DNA of 64,000 bases from an uncultured Gemmatimonadaceae bacterium. GTDB lineage: Bacteria > Gemmatimonadota > Gemmatimonadetes > Gemmatimonadales > Gemmatimonadaceae. Positions 32,128-42,213 of this stretch are shown here, one piece after another. A program made the position numbers and the translations under genes. The stretch is from assembly GCA_963829055.1 (NCBI GenBank), contig CAWHHI010000018.1:1-64000 (forward strand). Reading direction: 5' to 3'. Below the pieces are notes generated by a model. The model was not told the origin of the DNA and ran no database searches. It saw only the letters and a program-made list of their open reading frames with translations. Positions within the stretch are counted from its first letter, which is position 1; each line of letters opens with the position of its first letter.

Positions 32128-32328
32128 ATGACTCCCGAGCAGTGCCGTTCCCTCGTCGACGCGATCGCCACCGCCGCCTCTATCGACGTCCTCGCCGAAC
32201 TGCGTCGCGAGGTCCGGCGCGAGCAGGGGTTCGACGCCCGCACCAGCTTCGTCGACGTGCTGATCGACATGCGGCGGGAGAAGCTCGCGCGACAAGCAGC
32301 CGACACGACCGGCGCGCGGACGGCCTGA
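32128..32328 (+). CDS. Small hypothetical protein
   Basis: GGAGG RBS before ATG; GC3-rich codons; 66 aa. Confidence 0.5.
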   Translation: MTPEQCRSLVDAIATAASIDVLAELRREVRREQGFDARTSFVDVLIDMRREKLARQAADTTGARTA

Positions 32329-32381
32329 CTGGCATGTCGTCGGTGGTGCCGGCAACGAGAACGCTTCCAGGCGGTGAGCTG

Positions 32382-32843
32382 CTAGCCGTCTTCCAAAAGG
32401 TCATCGAGCGCCGCGGCCCAGCGCCCCTCCGCTTCGAGCTCGTCGCGGTGGAAGCCGCGCAATGTGGCCAACATCAGCGCGGAGAGGAGCACGTCCGCGC
32501 GGGCCATGGCGCGCGCACGGAGTTGGAACGACGCCCGATTGCGAGCCGCGCTCCAGAGCGCCAGGCGCAGAAGGTAGTGCTCATGCACGAGCTCGTCTTC
32601 CGTGAAGCCTTGGCGTCGCCTGTCTGCCCCGTGCGTAGCCGCAGCGCGGACAGCGTCAGCGCGCGCCGCTAAGTCGGGCGGTTCGCTGATCGTGCCGCGT
32701 AGCGTCGCCTCCATGAGCGGTGGGACGAAATCAATGCGTTCTGCCTCGGGGAGCCGCGACCATGGTGGCCCGACGCCGAGTTGCGCCCACTCGGCGACGG
32801 CCCGCGACAGGTACCGCTGAACGTCTTCGGCCGGGTCTTGCAT
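32382..32843 (-). CDS. Stand-alone helical protein, RsbRD N-terminal-like
   Basis: AAATHGADRRRQGFTEDELVHEHYLLRLALW resembles the HG..R...GF....L..E...LR motif of that sensor domain. Confidence 0.55.
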   Translation of the reverse strand: MQDPAEDVQRYLSRAVAEWAQLGVGPPWSRLPEAERIDFVPPLMEATLRGTISEPPDLAARADAVRAAATHGADRRRQGFTEDELVHEHYLLRLALWSAARNRASFQLRARAMARADVLLSALMLATLRGFHRDELEAEGRWAAALDDLLEDG

Positions 32844-33400
32844 GGCGGTCTCCGGGGCGGTACCTGCCGTTCGATTTACGAGCCAGTGTGTATCTATAAG
32901 GTAGGCGCGTCCGTGTGGGGCGCGCCATACGTTACCTCGTCGAAGCCGTAGCTCGACCGTTGCCAGGATGAGCTCGACGAGCCGAGCAGCACGGAGCTTC
33001 AGCTGCCGCTCAATGGTGGCTGATCCCGCGCCTCGGGCCTCCCGCTCGCGCGACCGGAGTACCGTGCGTCCTCGACGTGCCACGTTAGGTGGATCGATCA
33101 CGACACGGCTCGTTAGGTTACGAGGGGCAGCCACGCACGGGTTCCGTGTTGTAACCGGTTGCGTCCGAAGGGACCGACGCAAACAGGTGTTGCTGCGATA
33201 ATTCCGTCCCTTTCGGCTCGCTCGTCGTTAGGGTCGAGTGTCACGTCCGGGGTGGCTTGTCGCCGCGGCCAGGGCGTCGTATCATCTGCCCCGGAGCGTC
33301 GCACGAGGCAGCGCCTCGTCAGCGCATGGTGTGGTGGGACGGCCTGCCCCGATGCTGGCACCACGCCTGGAGGCCGACTGGGGCGGGGGGCCGTTCTGAG

Positions 33401-34156
33401 ATGATGCGCATCGTTGTCGCGGGAGACATTCGCCTGTACCGTGATGGGGTCGCCCTCCATCTCGCGCATGAGCCGGAGTTCGGCGTCGTAGGTGTTGCCT
33501 GTGACCGCAGCGAGTTGATGCAGCGCGTGCGCGAGGAGCGCCCGGCGATCGTCGTACTCGACATGGCGATGGCCGAGAGCCTCGAAGCGGTGCGCGAGCT
33601 GTGGCGTGAGGCGCCTGAGGTGAGTGTGATCGCCATCACAGTTCCGGAGCTCGAGGGCGCGGTTATCGCCTGTGCCGAGGCCGGGATCGCGGGGTATGTG
33701 CTCCGGGAAGGGTCGCTCGACGACCTCCGACGGGCGATCGACAGCGTGGCGCGCGGCGAATCCATAGTGTCACCGAAGATGGCGGCCAGTCTCCTTCGCC
33801 GCGTCTCGACGCTGGCCGCCGACCGCGCTGCACCGCCGGCGATCGAGGAACTGACGGTTCGCGAGCGCGAGATCGTGGGGCTCATTGAACAAGGACTTGC
33901 GAACAAACAGATCGCGGCGCGGCTCAACATCGAGTTGGCCACCGTGAAGAACCACGTGCATCGCATCCTCGAGAAGCTGGACGTCACCCGGAGGGGCGAG
34001 ATCGCGGCGCGCCTCCGCCATCAGGGCACGAGCTCGTCGGGATTCCAGCTCGAGTCGTGGCCGCAGCCCGAAGCAGAGCCGGACGTCGCCGTAAACATCG
34101 CGAACATCGCGACGCTGGAGGTCCGTTCAGGATCTAGTTCCGCCGCTGAACCCTAG
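33401..34156 (+). CDS. NarL/LuxR-family response regulator heading the eCIS
   Basis: REC (VVLD) plus HTH LTVREREIV...NKQIAARLNIELATVKNHVHRILEKL. Confidence 0.9.
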   Translation: MMRIVVAGDIRLYRDGVALHLAHEPEFGVVGVACDRSELMQRVREERPAIVVLDMAMAESLEAVRELWREAPEVSVIAITVPELEGAVIACAEAGIAGYVLREGSLDDLRRAIDSVARGESIVSPKMAASLLRRVSTLAADRAAPPAIEELTVREREIVGLIEQGLANKQIAARLNIELATVKNHVHRILEKLDVTRRGEIAARLRHQGTSSSGFQLESWPQPEAEPDVAVNIANIATLEVRSGSSSAAEP

Positions 34157-34174
34157 TTGATCCTTCGGGTTCAT
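34135..34174. promoter_or_regulatory. Candidate operator copy A (TGAACC-N15-GGTTCA)
   Basis: Inverted repeat 34147-34152/34168-34173, 55 bp upstream of the ATPase start; 26/40 ungapped identity with copy B. Confidence 0.6.
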
Positions 34175-34228
34175 TCCCCGTGTTAGCCTCGCGTCCGACT
34201 ATGCGGTGTTTTCGAACGCGCGGACGCG

Positions 34229-36395
34229 ATGACGGCAGAGCTCGACCTCACCGAAGCATCGGCAACGCCAGAGGCGCTCGCCGGGCTCCTTCCCTCGTTG
34301 CGGCGGCTCGACCGCTTGCTGGAGCGAGCGGCGGCAGGCGTGCCAGCCGCGTACGGTGAGCACGTTCCGAACGATCGCTTTCGGGGATTGTACGTCGGCG
34401 AGGCGGACCTCGGGCCGCTCCTCCAGCGGGAGCCCGGAGCGCCGGCCTTCGGCGGTGCTGACGTCGAATGGCGTGAGGACGAGACGCAGGCTCCCGATTC
34501 GCGTCTCGCTCGATTGGCCGACGAGCATGAGCTGACGCCGTTCGATCTCGACGTTATCGTCGTTGCACTCGCCGTCGATATCGACCTGCGGTACGAGCGG
34601 TTCTACGCCTACCTGCAGGACGACGTCACGCGGCGTCGCCCCACGGTCGACCTGGCGCTCAACCTCTTCTGCGCCACCGCCGCCGAGCGAATAGCGCGGC
34701 GCGCGCATTTCGCGCCGGACGGAGCGCTCGTTAGGCATCGCCTGATCGAGCTGGTGGGCGACTCGAACGGGTCCCCTGCTCCAGCAGGTGATCGCGCTGG
34801 ACGAGCAGGTCACCAATTTTCTCATCGCTCAGGCCGTGCTCGACCGTCGTCTCGCGACAGTGTGCCGATACGACTTCGATCCGCACCAAACCGCCGGCGC
34901 GGATGCGTCCGACGACGATCGGGTCCGCGTGCTGGCGGAGGCGGTGCGGAGCGCAGCCGACCGGGGCGGTGGATTGCGTGTGCGCCTCCACGGCGTGCGC
35001 GGGGCTGGAAAGCGGCGTTTCGCCGCCGCTGTGGCCGCGGCGGCGGATGTACCGCTGCTCATCGCGGACCTTGGCGCGATCGTCGACGAGCGTGACCCCG
35101 AGCGCACGCTCGCGCCTCGCGCTGCGCGAAGCCTCGTATCGCGAGGCGGTCGTGTTCCTCCGCGACGGTGACGCATTGCTCGCCGACGGGCGCGAGCGAC
35201 TGCGCGATCGGCTCGAGGACGTCATTGCGCGCGAGCCGAGCAGCGTTGGTGCTCGCGTCTGAGCGCGCTTGGCCAGCCGACGCGCTGCCCGAGGCCATCG
35301 AGATCGCGCTCGCGCTTCCCGACGCGCAACGCCGCGACGCGCTCTGGCGGCGGGCGATAGCGGACACCGGGCACACGATCACCGGCGCGACCGCGGCTGC
35401 AGTCGCGGCGCGCTTCCGGCTGACTCCCCACCACATCGCCGCCGCGGCGACGAGCGCGGCACGAGGCGTGGAATGGCGGGCCATGCTCGACGAACGCGAC
35501 GCGCCGGACGCAATCGCGGCCGAGTACGTGTTTGCCGCGGCACGCGAGCAGTCGCGACGCGAGCTCGCCGCACTCGCCGCGCGCATCGAGCCGGTGCATC
35601 AGTGGGAGGAGCTGATCCTGCCTGACGACTCGCTAGAGCAACTGCGCGAGATGGCGAGGCGGGTGGCGCACCGCGAGCAGGTGCTGGGCACGTGGGGGTT
35701 CGCGGCGCGGCTCCCGCGCGGGCGCGGTGTGAACGCGTTGTTCAGCGGACCGTCCGGGACCGGCAAGACCATGGCCGCCGAGATCCTGCGCAGGCGAGCT
35801 GGGATTGGACCTGTACCGTGTCGAGCTGGCGGGCGTGGTCAGCAAGTACATCGGGGAGACGGAAAAAAACCTCGACCGCATCTTCGCGGCAGCGGAGGGA
35901 TCGAACGGGATCGTGTTCTTCGACGAGGCGGACGCGCTGTTCGGGAAGCGGTCGGAGGTCCATGACGCACATGACCGGTACGCGAACATCGAGATCAGCT
36001 ACCTGCTGCAGAAAATGGAGTCGTTCGATGGGATCGCGATCCTCGCGACGAATCTGCGCGGAAATCTCGATCAGGCGTTCGTGCGGCGACTGGCCTTCAC
36101 GGTGCACTTCCCGTTTCCGGACGAGGAGAGCCGACGGCGGATCTGGCGGAACGTGTGGCCGTCCGCTGTTCCGCTCAATGCCACGGTGGACTTCGACTTC
36201 ATGGCGCGCCAGTTCTCGTTGAGTGGAGGCAACATCCGGAACATCGCGCTGGCGGCGGCATTCCTCGCCGCCGAGCGTGGTGATGCCGTCGCGATGCGCG
36301 ACCTGATCGCGGCGACACGCCGGGAGTATCAGAAGTTGGGGAAGACGCTGACCGAGGCAGAGCTAGGCGGCCGGGCTGCGGAAGGTGGTGCGTGA
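34229..36395 (+). CDS. eCIS AAA+ ATPase (Afp15/Pvc15-like) with N-terminal winged-helix region, several frameshifts
   Basis: YERFYAYLQDDVTRRRPTVDLAL; LFSGPSGTGKTMAAE; VVSKYIGETEKNL; FFDEADALFGKRSEVHDAHDRYANIE. Confidence 0.9.
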
Positions 36396-37867
36396 AGCGA
36401 CCGCCTACGACGTCACGCCTCACGCCGAGGCACCCTGCGACGCGCGAGGAGCAGGGTGCTCTTCGCAGTCATTCCGCGGCCACGAGCGGAGGCATTGGGC
36501 GCGTGCTCGCGCTCGCTCGCCGCCTCGGGAATCAGGCGCTCGAGCGGGTCCTCGGCCAGGGGATTCACCACCACGCGCCTAACGCTTCGGCGACGGGAGG
36601 CGTCGATCAGCCTACCGTGGCGCGACTGGCTGGCGTCATGGGCGGGAATCTCTCCGATGTGCGGGTGGTGGACGATGCTGCATCGCACGCCGCGGCTCAA
36701 GCGTTAGGCGCCACGGCGCTCGCGGCCGGCGATACGGTGCTCCTCGGCCGCGACGCGCCGCCGCCGTCGAGCCCGGCGCGGGAGCAGCTACTGGCGCACG
36801 AGCTCGCACACGTGGCGCAGCAGCGCGAGGCGGGCGCGGTCAGGGACGGCGTGAGCACAGCGGGCGACGCACACGAGCGCGCTGCAGACGCGGCGGCGGC
36901 GCACGCGATCCGCGGGGAGAGCGCCACCGCCGTGGCGGCTGGTGCGCCACCCGCGGTGCAACTGCAGAAAAAGAGCGATGAGCGCGCCGGACTCGATCGG
37001 GCGGCAGCGCAGCAGCGACTCGAGGCGTATTTCACGCGCGTGCTCGAGCAGCAGGGTGGCAAGTCCGTGGCGATGACGGAGGACGTGAAGGGTACGCTCC
37101 GCCGGATCTTCCTCAACGACCTGCCCGGACTCCTCAAATTCGACACGTTCCTAACGCGGACCGCGTTTCCAGGGTCGCCAGCCGAACTCGCGACGGCGGT
37201 CGCGCAATATCTGCCGGATCCGATCGACCCTGCCCGGTTGGCGCACCTGGATCTACCTGGCCCCGCATCCACGAAGCTCGGGCGAGTCAAGGACCTCGCG
37301 AAGAGTACCGAACCGTACGTCTCTCCCGACACGCAGCGGCAGCAGTGGGAGTTCGACCGTCAGGCAAAGGAAGCTCGCCGCAACGACAAGTCGGTCGTCG
37401 GTCCCTTTGGCGTGGACCTCAACCGCGTGCTGAACATCGGGAAGGGGCTGTCCAAGGCGCTCGAGGAGCCGAAGCGCCGTCCGAAACCGAGCGCGCCTAA
37501 CGCCGCGCTCGACGCGGCGATCGCGAGCATCGGTCCCAATGCGCTCACACCCGTTGAAGCACGAGGTGGGCCGAAGGCAAACGAGTTCGCGGATCCAGAG
37601 CTGGTGGCCCGCGCGATCGCGGCGGACCTCGACCGCGCGCAGGCGGCGAAGAACCGCAGCATCACGCTGCGACTGGATGCGGTCTACGCCGGTGTGAAGG
37701 ATCGCGAGGTGATCATTGCCGAAGTCGCACGGATAGCGCGGCTCGTGCGCGACGCGCTGCCGCACCGGGCGTCGGAGGTTCAGGCGATCGACCTCTATTT
37801 TGGTGACAAGATGGTCCGGCGTGTCTCGCTGGCGGGAGCGGCGGAGAAAACGGAAGGGAGTCAGTGA
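36392..37867 (+). CDS. DUF4157 (eCIS core domain) protein with an unknown C-terminal domain
   Basis: GNQAL, LSDVRV, LLAHELAHVAQQ (HExxH), HERAADAAA. Confidence 0.85.
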   Translation: MKRPPTTSRLTPRHPATREEQGALRSHSAATSGGIGRVLALARRLGNQALERVLGQGIHHHAPNASATGGVDQPTVARLAGVMGGNLSDVRVVDDAASHAAAQALGATALAAGDTVLLGRDAPPPSSPAREQLLAHELAHVAQQREAGAVRDGVSTAGDAHERAADAAAAHAIRGESATAVAAGAPPAVQLQKKSDERAGLDRAAAQQRLEAYFTRVLEQQGGKSVAMTEDVKGTLRRIFLNDLPGLLKFDTFLTRTAFPGSPAELATAVAQYLPDPIDPARLAHLDLPGPASTKLGRVKDLAKSTEPYVSPDTQRQQWEFDRQAKEARRNDKSVVGPFGVDLNRVLNIGKGLSKALEEPKRRPKPSAPNAALDAAIASIGPNALTPVEARGGPKANEFADPELVARAIAADLDRAQAAKNRSITLRLDAVYAGVKDREVIIAEVARIARLVRDALPHRASEVQAIDLYFGDKMVRRVSLAGAAEKTEGSQ

Positions 37868-37882
37868 GCGTCGAGCGGCTTC

Positions 37883-40800
37883 GTGGCGCGGCCTGACAGC
37901 CGTCCGGGTCGTGCGCGGACGACGGAAGAGCTGCGCATACGGACGTCGCCACCTCCCGCGAAAGTCGGTGATGATGCCACGGCACGCGCGTCGTCTCCAA
38001 GCGGCAAAGCGGGGAATGGCGTCGAGTCGCAGCTATCGAGGGCGCCGGGGAACGCACGTGCGTCGGAGGGCGCCGACGTAGCGAGGACCATCGCGCTGCA
38101 ACAGACTGCGGGAAATCAGGCGGTGGGTGGCCTGCTGCGGCGTGCGACGGGTGCGGCGGCTCGGCAGCCCGCGGTGCCTAACGGCGCCGAGGCCAGCGAT
38201 CCGCTCGAGCTCGACGCCGATCGGAAGGCGGACCAGATCGCAATGCGTTGGGGGGCCGGGTTTGCCGATCCCCGTGATGATGACGGGGCGCCGGCGGACG
38301 CAGGAGAAGGCGCGCCGATCCCGCCGGGGCTGCGGAGTGCCGCCGAGCCAGTGCTGGGCAGTGGGCTCGCCGACGTGCGGGTGCACACCGGCTCGGAGGC
38401 CGGGTCATGGACGACGGCGCTCGACGCGATGGCGCTCACGGTCGGCCGCCACATCTATCTCCCGCGGCAGCACTTCGTGGCCGCCGGGTTCGAGGGGCGT
38501 CACCTGCTCGCGCACGAACTGGCGCACACGGCACAGCAGGCGTCGTTAGGTGCGTCATTCGTGCAGTGCGGTCCTAGCCCGGCGAAAGGCAAGAAAAGGG
38601 GTGGGAAGCGGAAGGCGAAAAAGCCAGTCAAGGTGCAGCGCGTCACATTCTACGTGGACCTCAGCAAGGTCGTGTTCTACGTCGAGGGCGACAAGGTCAT
38701 CGTCCTGAACACCGACTACAACGGCAAGCCAAGGGCGGGCTCGTATATCGTCCGCCGGACGAAGGGGGAGAACATTCCCACCGAGCAGATCGGCGGGACG
38801 CCTAACGAAAAAGGATGGGCCGTCGAGTGGACCGAACCTCCTGAAACGCCGTTCGAGTACGCGCCGTCGTATCAGTTCGGCATTCGGTCCGGCCGTCCCG
38901 GCGGCGGTTCCGGGTCGGGTGAGGGCGGTCTTGGTGATGCGGCGTCCTCGGGACGCGGGGCAGGCGCGGGCGGCGGACAGGCGAAGGACGGTGACAAGGA
39001 AGGCGGCGCGGGAGAGAAGGAAGGAGCCGGGACCGGCGCGTCCGAAGGCATTGAAGGGAGCGCTGGTGCCGGCACGCAGGGCGGCGTGGGCAAGGCGGCG
39101 GGCACAGGGGCGGGCGACAAGGACGGGCTCAAGGGCGGCAACGCAGGCGCTGGCGGAGCGGGCGGGCAGGCCGACCCCAACGCGCACCGCCTAACGGCAC
39201 GCGAGGAGGCGCTGTGGCGCGACCTGTACGAGAAGATGACGGGGGCGCCGCCGGAAACATCAACGATCCGCTCGAACTGATCCGGCTCTACGAGATTCTG
39301 CGTGAGCGGGTGCAAGACCCGAAGTTCTCTACCAAGGGTGAGCCGTGGACCGAGTTCGCGAAGTTCCTCGACAAGAACCGCGACAAAATCGAGGGCATCA
39401 TCCAGAGCGGCCCCGGCGGGCTGACCGCGCCGAAGATGGAGGAGATCATCAAGGAGTACGGAAAGTTCATCGCCGGTGAGCCCGACCAGGACAACAGAGA
39501 GGCGCTCAAGAGCGTCGAAGACTTCGACAAGGAGTTTCAGTACGATCCCGGATGGGCACAGCTCTCTCGCGCTGACCGGAAGCTGCTCCTCGAATACGCG
39601 AAGCTGACGCCCGACCAGGTGGGTCACAGGAAGGTCGAGTTCCCGCGCATCACGACGAGCATGAAGATCGTGATGGCGCTGAAGGCATCGGTGAAGAGCT
39701 GGCCGGGGGAAATCGCTGACGCGGCGTTCCACGCGTTCACGGACCCGGGATTCATCATCACGCTCATCGTGATGATGGCGATCTACGTCGGGCTGTGGCT
39801 CACCCCCGACCCGAGCTTCGTGACGAAGATCGCCGCGGGCACACTGACCGTCACGCTGCTCCTCCAGTTCGCGTGGGAGGACATCTACGGGCTCGCCGTG
39901 GCGTGGAGCAATCTGTCCGACGCGTGCGCGGCGGCCACGCAGATGTCCGAGCTCCAGGCCGCGGGAGACCGCTTCGCGAAGAAGGTCGGGCAGGTCGGCT
40001 TCGACATCATCTGCTTCATCGTGATGGGTCGCCTCGCGAAGCGCGTCGGTCCGAAAGTGCAGAAGATCGCCGGCGAGCGGCTGGTCGCGAACGCCAAGGC
40101 ACAGGTGACGGCCGCGGAAGCGAAGCCGGGGTCCGGCGTCAAACCCGCGGAAACGGCCGCATCGCGCACGGCGCTGAGTGACGCGAAAGCGAAAGCCGCA
40201 TCCGACACGCCGACGGCGACGCTCGATGCGTTAGGCGATTCGCTACCCAAGTCGGCGAAGGATGGACTCGCCTCGCTTCGCAAAGCACAAGGCGACGCGA
40301 AGGCGTTGGCCGAGGTGGAAGCCGACGTGGCGGCGGGACGCGATCTCTCGCATGCGCTCGCCGAGCGTGGCATGTCGGCCGAGGCAAGGGCGGCGGCACG
40401 AGCGGACGTGTCAGCCGCGAACGAAGCCGTGGGGCGGGCGGACGCGAAGCTCGCGATGGCGAAAGCTAAGGCCGACATCGCCACCGCCGAACGCGCCGCC
40501 GCCGCGCAGGCGGAAGTGCTGGCGGCGGCCGGTGAGCTGGCGAAAGCACGCGGAGCGCTCACCGCTGCCGAAGCGAAACCGGGGAGCGGCGTGGCCAAGG
40601 CCGCACCGGCCGGAGCCGGCACCACGCTTCTCGACACCGCGAAGGCGACCGCGAAGTCCAAGACACCATCCGCGGTGCTCGACGAGCTCGCGGCGAAACT
40701 TCCCAAGGATGCGCGCCAGGGGCTCGCCGCGTCCCGCAAGTCCGGGAACGACGCGAACGTGCTTCGTACGCTCGAGGCGGAGGCCGCGAAGGGTCTCGAC

Positions 40801-41739
40801 ATCACGCGGTTGCTCGTCGAGAAGGGGACGACACCGGCGCAGCAAACCGCGGCGAAGGCCGACCTGCTGGCGGCAGAAGCGAAGCTCGCGCGCGCGGAGA
40901 TGATCAAGGCGGAGACGTTCAAGGATCCGGCCGTTCGCGCAGAGGCGCGCACGAACGCGATGCGGCGTCTGAAAGCACGGCTCCACGAAGCCGGGATCCT
41001 CGACAATCCGAAGGTCGCGAAGGCAATGAAGGGCGGCGACGTCACCGAGCTCCGCGGCGCGATCGGCGAAGCGCTCGGCCGCGCGCAACTCGCGGCCGAG
41101 TACCCGGCGAGCAAGGGTTACCGCATCCTCGCGAACATCGGCGTCGCGCGCGAGATCCCCGGGTACAAGACCATCGCCGAATGGCAGGCCGCCGACATCA
41201 AGGCGGGAGGCAAAGGCAACACCGCGAAGCTCGTGCAGCACAAGGGCAAGGTGTACGAGATGATCGGTGAGGTGGATTCCCTCGTGGTGAAGGGGGGCGG
41301 CAAAGGGAAGAAGTCGACCATCGTCGCGGCGGAGGAAGTGAAGAGCGGCGGGGAGACCGCCGGCAGCGCGACGAAACAGGTCAAGCAGGTCATCAAGGGG
41401 CTCGCCGACATTCAGGCTGGAGCGACGGACGTGAAGGTGTTCGAGCGTCCAGGGAAACATAAATTCGGCAAGGAGCTGACCGATACGCTCGACCTGTCAT
41501 CGTTAGGCACGGTGGACAAATTCGCGCGCGGGCCAAGAGGGAGAGAAGGCTACGGCACCAGGCAGCTCGGCTACACCACGGATGTCCTCGAAGCGGTTGC
41601 CAGGAACATCGTGAAGGAAGGCCTGCCTCCCAAGGGTCCGCAGAAGGTCGTTCCGCAGGCCTTCCCGAAAGGCGAGGAAGAGGAAGGCGAGAACGCCGTG
41701 GAGGAAGAAGCGAAGGAACCGGCCGGCGCGTCGCGCTGA
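37883..41739 (+). CDS. Large DUF4157 polymorphic effector with TM hairpin and PD-(D/E)xK-like C-terminus, frameshifted near 39260
   Basis: GNQAV, LADVRVH, LLAHELAHTAQQ, Gly-rich linker, hydrophobic IITLIVMMAIYVGLW...TLTVTLLLQF, C-terminal GE...EVD...EVKSG. Confidence 0.8.
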
Positions 41740-41743
41740 GGTG

Positions 41744-41783
41744 TAGTCCACGCGCTGAATCCTTTTGGGTTCTCTCGATTCAT
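41744..41783. promoter_or_regulatory. Candidate operator copy B (TGAATC-N15-GATTCA)
   Basis: Inverted repeat 41756-41761/41777-41782, upstream of the structural sub-operon. Confidence 0.6.
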
Positions 41784-42213
41784 GTCGCGCGCGTGGCGCG
41801 GCGGGCACCTTGGGCGCGCACTGCTCTCGGAGTCCACTCTGTCGCCGATCAGGATTCTGCTCGCTGCCATGCCAGGCATGATGCGCGACATCGTCGAGAT
41901 GGCCATCCGCTCACAGCCCGACATGGTCATCGTCGGCCTGCTGAGCGTAGTCGCCGCGCGCGACGCGTTGACCGATGCCGTGCGCCGGGGACGACCCGAC
42001 GTGGTCATCGTGGGCCTGGAGGCGGACACGGAGCCGCACGCGTGTGAGGCCCTGCTCTACGACCACCCGCGCGTTCGCCTCCTCGAGGTCATCGACGGCG
42101 GCCGGGCCGCAACGCTCTGCGAGCTGCGGCCGCATCGCGTGCCGATCGACAACGTGTCACCGGAAGGTCTCGTTGGCGCGATCCGCGCCGCGACCAGGGT
42201 CGGGATGTCCTGA
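41782..42213 (+). CDS. Pseudo-receiver (REC-like) protein without output domain; true start probably downstream (41839 or 41868)
   Basis: IRILLAA...QPDMVIVG...RPDVVIVG...SPEGLVGAIR follows REC topology but lacks the phospho-Asp. Confidence 0.6.
   Translation: MSRAWRGGHLGRALLSESTLSPIRILLAAMPGMMRDIVEMAIRSQPDMVIVGLLSVVAARDALTDAVRRGRPDVVIVGLEADTEPHACEALLYDHPRVRLLEVIDGGRAATLCELRPHRVPIDNVSPEGLVGAIRAATRVGMS

Noticed and set aside
38890..39180. Gly/Ala-rich repeats as collagen or a DNA repeat element
   Set aside because: No sustained G-X-Y period; a flexible linker inside the effector.
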